From Lophium mytilinum (Eukaryota): a stretch of DNA of 41,161 bases. Positions 33,031 to 41,161 of this stretch are shown piece after piece. The position numbers and the translations under genes are program-made. Location: the NCBI GenBank assembly GCA_010093605.1, contig MU004196.1, positions 1,572,606 through 1,613,766 of the forward strand, in the 5' to 3' direction. Position 1 is the stretch's first letter. Every line of letters begins with the position of its first letter. The notes below the pieces were generated by a model. It was not told the DNA's origin. It worked only from the letters and a program-made list of their open reading frames with translations, and searched no databases.

Positions 33031-34739
33031 CTTACGACAGCATCAGTCAACAGCCCCTCCCTCCGCAGACACCTGTTCAAGCAGTACCACTTGTTTCCCA
33101 CGTCCGCTGTGTTCCACAGCAGCACTGCGAACGACCTCTCCGGCACTCCTTTTTCCGTGACAGTAGCGGTACGGGAGCTTCTTTGATTCCTGCTTGCGGA
33201 GCACAGCTGTTGAGGCAAGGAAGACAGCAGGGGCCTCGGGAGCCGAAGCATCACAGTACGTGGCCGTTCCATCGCCCAGAAGGATACGTGACAGAGTGGG
33301 ATTTTCAAGGTTGAAACGGGCGGAGCGGAAGCGACAGGAGGAATTAGAGGCAATGCAGAGGACCAAGAGGACTAAAGAAGCGGGGCGGAAGAGCCTGCAA
33401 GTTAATAAGAGGACACAGGCGTTAAGGCACCAACGGGAAAGGCACACGCCGCATGAGAGTCCGGATCGGCGGCCGGTGAGGCGGGGGAGAGATAGGCAGA
33501 GGGCAAGTAGAGGGAGTGCTAGAAGTAGTAGAAGTTTTAGGAATAGTACTTAGCTTAGTATAATATTTAAAAAAGGCTATTATATTAATATATAGATACT
33601 AGAAAGCCTAGAAGTAGTCTATAGACTAGCTATATAAACTAGCTAGATATATAGTACTATATATATAGTTTAGTAAAAATTTTAAATAGATTTAATACTA
33701 ATATTTTATAGTTCTAAATATTATATAATACTAATATATAATAAATTAACTACTATTTATTAGCTTTTCTACTAGTATAAAAAAAGTACTATCTATTTAA
33801 AATTTTATCTACTCTTTTTAAGTATATTAAAGTACTTCTAGCACCTATATTAGCTATATATACTATATTTATAAAGTATATTAATTAAAAAAGCCTTTAA
33901 AAAAAATAGTAATCTTTAAATTTATATTAGACTATAGTTAACTAAGCTTATATATAGAACTACTAGATATAAATAGAAGCTATAAGTAGAACTAGATTTT
34001 AGAAAGGCTTAAATTACTCTATACCTCTATTTAATAAAGTATATTTAGTTAACTTTAACTATATCTATTATAGTATAAACTTAAAATTATAATAATTATA
34101 TATTAAGATTATATAGCGCCCCTTATATAATCTAAGTAAAATACTAGCCTAGTACTAGACTATAGCCTATATACTAGCGTTAAACTATAACCTTTTAAGA
34201 GCTTCTAGCTTTCTTTTTTCTTCTTAGCTTAGATTTCTATAATAGTTAATATACCTTATTACTTATATTATATTAGCCCTCTATATAATTTAAGCTTACT
34301 CTTCTATATTTAAAATCTTATTAACTTTTTCTAGAACTCTATTATAAGATCTAAGTATTTTTACTAAAACTAATTAAATATCTATTTACTAGTCTAGCTA
34401 TATAGCTATATATAGTACCTAAATTTAATCTAGTAAACTATATTCTAGTACTACCTTCTTTAAATAAGCTAGTAGTTAATCTAATAGCTAGACTTTAAGA
34501 TAATTTTAAAACTTTAGGTATTATAAATAGTACTAATCTAAATACCTTAAAAGAACTATCTATTATTTATACTTCTATAACTATTAATAGCTAGTAATAA
34601 AAAAGCCTACTATACTATATACCTTATATACTTTTAAGATATAGCTAAGAGCTCTTCTACTCTAGCTATTATTTCTAGCTTATAATATAGAACTAGAGAA
34701 CTAATTTTAAATACCTAAGCCTTCTTATAGACTATAGAT

Positions 34740-34810
34740 AATACCTAGTATACTAATACCTAGTATACTAATATTTAGCGCGCTAATACCTAGCACTTTA
34801 AATACTTAGT
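34740..34810. repeat. 15-bp tandem repeat, ~5 units, RIPed
   Basis: AATACCTAGTATACT twice, then AATATTTAGCGCGCT and AATACCTAGCACTTT. Confidence 0.75.
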
Positions 34811-35416
34811 AGATAATTAAGTTAATACTACTAAATCTATAAACTAGAACTAGAACTAGATTATTACTAATAAACTTAATCTAGACTAAGATTCTAATAA
34901 TAAAGATAGCTTTATTACGCCTAGTATAAACGCTCTAAATAAGCGCACTATTTAATTTATTATAGAAGATAATATATATAATCTTTATATCTAAGCTAGT
35001 AGTAGTAAGCTATATACTATTATAGCTATAATATAACCCCTATTATAATATATTTCTAATATATATAATAGTATTATATACTTTCTAGTATATAATTACT
35101 ATTATATAACTAGACTTAGTACTAGCCTTACCTACCTCTTAGCTAGTACTCTGCGCCCTTTTTTCTTTTTTATAGCTACTTTATCTATATATACTAATAT
35201 TAGGTTTTTTCTTATAATCTACTATTATACTATAATATAAAGTAGCTACCCTTCTAGCTTCTAGAAGTTTCTAGAAGCACCCTCTTTTTATCTATCTACC
35301 TATACTAGTAACTTTATAATTAACTAAGTAGCTATTTTAATAGGCTAAATTTTAATATATAAACCTAATACCCTCTATATTAATATAGAGAGACTTAAAA
35401 GAAGGCTTTATAATTT

Positions 35417-37476
35417 TATAGTAAGGACTTTATATATCCCGCCTACTATAGTTAGCGCGTAGGCTCTATAAACCTATTTACTATTATATATAACTAACTA
35501 ATATAAGTATAGTTACTTTTTAATAATAAAGTAAGAACTATATATATTCTATTAGTAATAGGCTAATATATAGGCCTTATATACCTACTTACTAACTATT
35601 ATATATAACTAACTAGTTTATATATAGTTATTCTATTTTTATTTACTAATTAAAGATAGCTACTAAGTATAGTACTAGCTACTCTAGAAAGTATACCTAC
35701 TTTTAAGCTTTTATAGAGAACCTATACCCTCTACCTTATACTAATCTTTTTCTTTCTCTTTTTTAAATAGTCTAATAGTACTTACTAGTAAAGATATATA
35801 TAACGCCTTTATAACTAGCTATACTAAGCTATAGTAGAAAAACTCTAACCCTATATAGTATAGCTATACCTAGCGCGTAGCCTATAGATTTACCTTCTAG
35901 TAGTAACTTTAATAAGTATCTAGTTATTCTTAGTTATACTTCTACTCTTTTTTCTAGCTTATTATTATAAGCTACTTAATCTACTTTTATATCTAACTCT
36001 TAAGAGGCGCATAAGCTTAACTACTAAGAAAAGGAAGCTGCCTATAAAATAGGCGGCGGAGGAGTATTCTAATATTAATTAACTATAACTCTAGAAGCTT
36101 TTACTATATATACTAAGAAATTTAGTAATCTAGAACTAGATATTTACCTTCTACTAAATTAGTTTAGCACTAACCTACTATAGAGTTAAGCCTAGTATAA
36201 TCTTACTAACTTTACTAAGTAGAATACTAATAATAACACCTATATATAAGAAGGTAAAGATAAAGAAAACTTTAAGTTATTTACTAAAATATCTATATTT
36301 TATACTATCTAATTTACTAAACCCCTAGTTAATCTAACTACTCTATTCTTCTTTTAAATTCTAATTACTTTAGAGAACTAGGTTATTACCTCTACTACTA
36401 ATACTATTATAATTCTAAATATCTACTCTATCTAAGAATAGCCTAATATAGCTAATACAGGTACTAGTTCTACTAGAACTAGCGGTTAACTATCTAATTA
36501 ATAATAGTCCCTTCTTACTAATAATAATAATAGTATAGTCTTTACTATTAACTAAGCTAGTAATAGCTAATATATTAATATTACTATTAATAATATAGAA
36601 GAGCTCTATAATATAGCTTAAAATAAATATATTAGTATTTACGCTATACTACTTAACTACTACTAGAAACTAGATAAGTTATATAAAGATATTAGAAATA
36701 TAGTAGTAGCTATTTAATAGAAAGATAATAAAATTATATAACTTTAAGAATAATAAGGCGTATAAGGTAGTATTATAATTAATAACCTTAAAGACTAAGC
36801 CGCTAAGCTCTATTATTAAGTAGCTAAGATATATACTAACGCTAAAAACTTTACTAATAAACGCGATAGCCTTACTAAGTAGTTAGAAGATAAGCGTAAG
36901 AAGACTAATACTTAGACTATTCTTAATACTAAGCTATATATTAAGATTAAAGGCCTTACTACTAAAGTAGTAAAAGTTACCTTTTACTATAACTAATACT
37001 AATAGTAGTATAATATCTTTTACGCTTAGAGTATAGAGTATAAAAAGAAGTATTAGTAAGCTATATAGTAATAACTCTAAGTATACTCTTAATAAAATAA
37101 TATAGCTAAGTATAGTAACTATAGCTACCTATCTAATAAAGATAATAGTAATAATTCTTCTAACTATAATTATTTTACCTAGCCTAACTTTTTATATAAT
37201 CTAAACGCCTAACTTATAGCTAGCCTATACTAACTCTATACTAAGTTTTATAACCTTTAGAAGTTTAAAGAATATAATAATATATCTAAGTATAAATTAT
37301 AGAAAGCTTATACCTATACTATTTTCTAGAATAAACCTTAAGATTTCTATAATAAGTAAGCTAAGCTTAAGTATATTAAATTATACTATATTAGATACAC
37401 TAAAAGTATTATATATAGCTATATCTAATAGAACCGCTCTATAAGTAATAACTTTAAAATAATTAAAGAAATATTT
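35417..37476 (+). mobile_element. RIPed LTR retrotransposon 5' part (putative LTR ~35417-35886 plus gag), truncated by the next element
   Basis: TATAG...CTATA read as RIPed TGTAG...CTACA termini. Back-mutating ~37240-37475 gives gag-like KFHDPQKFKG..YELWK..AKLEY..FETIEEM. Boundaries are inference. Confidence 0.5.
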
Positions 37477-40400
37477 TATTAGGGCTTAAGGTTAGAATAT
37501 TAGATTAAATAGTATTAATATTAATAAAAGATAAATATAAGAGAAAAAGAGGTTTCTAGAATAGATATTATAATAACTTAAAAAGTAGAGTAATATTTAT
37601 CTATTCTATAGAGCCTCTATTATATAACCTCTAGTTATATATTATGCGTAATTATATAGCTATAATATATCTCCCCCCTTTAAAGAAGCCCCCTAATTAA
37701 AGCCTTTATAAGAGAAAGTTCTTTCTATACTAGAGTATCTATAACTACTTAAATATCTATTAAATAAAGTACCTAATTATATTATAACTTAAGTAAATAA
37801 AGAAAATAAATTAATTTTATAGAGAATTACTTATTCTTTCTATTTTTTATATAGCCTTCCGCAGCCTTACTATTTAGTATAGTATTTAACTAACTCTAAT
37901 AGTCTACTAGTATTACTATATATAGTAATACTATATATAGTACTATTTTATTATTTATTTAAACTAGGGCTAGCTATAATAGGGCTATAAGAAGCTATAT
38001 AGCCTTTATAGTTACTAGCCTACTACTAGATACTTATAATAATCTACGCTATTATATTATATCTAGTTATTGCGCATATCTATAGTTAGGCCTTTTTAAT
38101 AAATTAATTTAACCGCTAGTCTAGTAATTAAGTTATATAGCTTCTATAGTATTAGTTATATAGAGGTCTATAGTAGTAAAAATAGTAGCTAAGATTAGTT
38201 TCTAGTCTAATAGTAGTATAAATAATAGGTAAGGTTCTAGCTTCTTAGAGTAGTAGTAGTAGAAGTCTACTATAAGATATAGATAACTATTAGTATAATT
38301 ATAGTTATTCTATTAGGGTTTATTATTCTATCTAATAAACTTAATTTTAGATTATAGCATGCCCCTTTTATCTATAGTAGAGTTAAGTTATCTTCTATTA
38401 AAATAGTAGTTAATAACCTTCTTAGTATTACCTTTCTAATATATTAGCGTTATCTATATAGGTAGAGGCTTAAAATTATACTATTCTTTTATAGAAACTA
38501 TATTAGCTAGATAGAGTAGCTAAGAATAGAAAATAGAGTATAGATTTTCTATACTCTTAGATAGCTTAAGTTTATATATACTACTATTTTTATAGCTTTC
38601 TAGAACTTTAAAGGGGCCTAGCTTCTTAAAGTTAAGCTTTTTATTTAGGTAGTTTATTTTAATAAACTATCTATTAAGTATAACTTAATTACCTAGGTAA
38701 TATATATATACTAGTTATTATCCTATATTAGTATACTTCTTTTACTTAGCTTAGGCCTATTTAATCTCTATGCAGAGAAACTTATAAAGCTTATTTATTC
38801 TAGTAATAAATTTATCTATAAGCTTTATAAGATAGACTATTAGCATATTTATATTATTAGGTAGTTATGCGGCTAGTATAGTACCTATACTAGAAATATA
38901 GCCCTTAGTAGCTATAAATAGCGCTACTTCTATAGAGGCGTTCTTTAATAAGTTAGCCTTAAATTTAGTAATAGTAAGAAAGTTATACTAGTTATCTTAC
39001 TAGTAGTTAATATATACCCTAAGGTATTACTTTAAGCCTATATTAGTAACTTCTATTTATCTATCTATTTTAGAATAGAAAGCTATAGAAAGCTTTAGTT
39101 TTATTCTAATATATTTATATAGGTAGAACTAGAAAGTTAATATAAATTATAATCTATAATTAGATATAATAGACTCTAGATATTCTTTAGTATACTAGAC
39201 CTATTCTAGAAAGGCTTATACTACTTCTTTAGCCTCTATTATTACTATTAGAATAAACTTTTACATCTTAGAAAGTCTATTAATAACTACTATAATATAT
39301 TAGTAGTCTTATCTAGCTTATATATATTTAGATAGTAGGCTAATAAAGTTAACTATAAGATTAGTCTAATATTATTTAGAAATTAGTAGTAGTTTAAGAA
39401 AACCTTACTTTATTTTTTATACGTGCTTAATACAACTATATAGTTAGTAGGCCTTAATATAATAGTTAATATTTAAGGTTATTTATAGCTAGAAATAGTA
39501 TATTAAAATACGGTTATAAGTAGATATAGTTCTACTATAACTAACTAGCGGAGGCTTATATAGGCTTTTAATAATAGCTAATTAGAGTTTCTCTTTTATA
39601 GAAATATATAAGTAGTTCTTTTAAATAAAAATAAGGCTATTATAGATTATATAGTTATAGAGTTTAAGCTTAATACTATAATTTTTAACTATATTAGTAG
39701 GTAGGCGGCGTAGCTTAGCTCTAATAGCGTCTTTAATAGCGTTAGTAATAGTATTATTAGTAAGGGCCTCTTATATATAATCTATAATATCTTACTCTAT
39801 AGTACTATTAGTAGGGTTATTCTATAACTTTCTCTACCTACCTAGTAGCTTCTATAGTTTATTATTAAGGTTACTCTAAGACTCCTCTTAATTAAGTTCT
39901 ACTTTACTAAGATTATATATTATTACTATAAGGGAGACTATATTATAAGTTACACTATTAGTTATAATATAAGCTAGTTTAATAGCGTAATATATTTCTA
40001 GTTTAAGATTATAGTTCTTTAAGATAGTTTATTACTAAATTTTATAGCGCTTATTATTTTTATCTAGTATATTACCTAGGCGCCTAGTTAGTAGATTAGC
40101 TTTACTATTATTCTTGCCTAGCCTATATATAATCCGGAAGTTAAACTTAGAGAGAAATTTAGCCTATCTAGCCTATTATTAGTTAAGCTACTTAGTCTCT
40201 ATAAAGTCTTATAGGGTCTAGTAATCTAAAAGGACTTTAATAGAATTACTATATCTATAGCTAGTAAGTTCTATATACTATTCTTTAAAGGTATAGATAA
40301 TTACTAGAAGTTCTTTATTATAGATTTAATAATTAAGTTAGATAGCGCTTATTTAGTAAGATATAAATATAATAGAGTAGAGAACTCTATTAGCTTATAT

Positions 40401-40944
40401 TTAAGATAGTATAGCGGCTATAATAGTATTAGATATATTATATTCTATCTATATCTCTAGGTCTAAATTAAAATAAGCTATCTAAGAAGCGTTAATAAAC
40501 GCTTATTTTATTTATTTAAATAAAAAGTATTTAGAGCTACCTTTCTACTATAGAAAGGTAAACTACTTATAGATTTTAGCTCTAGTAAGTTTTATAAGGG
40601 GTCCTGTAATATTAGAATAGGTAATAATAAATTACTAGTAGAAATTATAGAAGTTTAGAAAAGCTTATATATTATAGAGGTTCTATAGTTATAGCTAGTT
40701 AACTACTATTTTAACTTTAGCTAGATCTATTTTAAGGCTATTAACACTAATAATAATGCCTAAATATTTAACTTTCTATTTATAGAATTTATACTTAGTA
40801 ATATTAAGAAAGAGGCCGGCCTTATAGAGTTACTAGAGAACCTTCTTAATATAGCCTATATATTTCTCTAACATCTTACTAAAAATAAAAATATTATTAA
40901 GATAGGCCGTGTAGAAATTATTAAGGTATTTAAGTAGAATATTA
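37477..40944 (-). mobile_element. RIPed Ty3/gypsy chromovirus remnant: RT, RNase H, integrase, chromodomain, PPT, 3' LTR (~37477-37666)
   Basis: Minus strand reads TAYLNNI (YLDD, 40904-40893), IYNKELLVII (IYDKELLAI), ARxAKFLSKFNFRIIYRLGK, integrase VVINRLSK and KLSIAFYSKID, KLNFKKLGPFKV. Purine tract AAGGGGGGAG at ~37671-37680. Confidence 0.92.
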
Positions 40945-41161
40945 TATTATAGGGGCTAGAGGGTTAAAGTTATATAGGGAGAAGTAAGTTTAATATAGAG
41001 AAAATTAACCTTTAAGAATTATATATAGTATAACCTTGCACCGCTGCATTTAACTACTATAATATAAAATAAAGTATATATATAAAGAATAATACTTAAA
41101 ATATAATATAATAGCATTCTATTAACTTTAATTTAATTTATAAGCTATAGTAGTAGCTTAA
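40945..41161. mobile_element. Probable LTR end of another element inserted into the RT domain
   Basis: RT homology stops about 13 codons upstream of YxDD at TATTATAGGGG, a RIP form of a TGT..ACA-type LTR terminus. Confidence 0.5.

Larger units (their letters stand above)
33545..41161. repeat. RIP-degenerated AT-rich transposon block
   Basis: Abrupt loss of CpA/TpG, saturation with TpA, and no ORFs in the track after 33553, as expected from repeat-induced point mutation. Confidence 0.97.

Noticed and set aside
32554..35416. Starship boundary (TTAC-N7-A at 32554) with a RIPed captain
   Set aside because: The motif is too short to be informative and no DUF3435 tyrosine-recombinase motifs could be recovered.

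Overview
Filamentous ascomycete (Pezizomycotina-type) genomic DNA, judged from short GT-AG introns with CTRAY branch points and a RIP-mutated block. Positions 1 to ~33,545 are gene-dense with balanced GC. From ~33,545 to the end is a TpA-saturated, RIP-degenerated nest of LTR retrotransposons. Genes reconstructed by hand with introns: a secreted Ser/Thr-rich protein, two SDR oxidoreductases, a 3-exon small Cys-rich secreted protein, a kinesin, a PemK/MazF-like-motif protein, a prenyltransferase-alpha-repeat protein divergent to GET1, an 8-exon degenerate Hsp70/HSPA12-like gene, an MCT-type MFS transporter, RSM25 divergent to a PPR protein, a membrane protein, and a Zn2Cys6 transcription factor. 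The ORF track shows only fragments of the Cys-rich and Hsp70-like genes. The most unusual feature is a ~122-bp palindromic, mostly TA-flanked element with about a dozen diverged copies or fragments. It occurs between genes, inside the two longest introns, in a bidirectional promoter, and in ~182-192 bp tandem arrays with homologous spacers. All alignments and translations were done by eye; no database searches were run.
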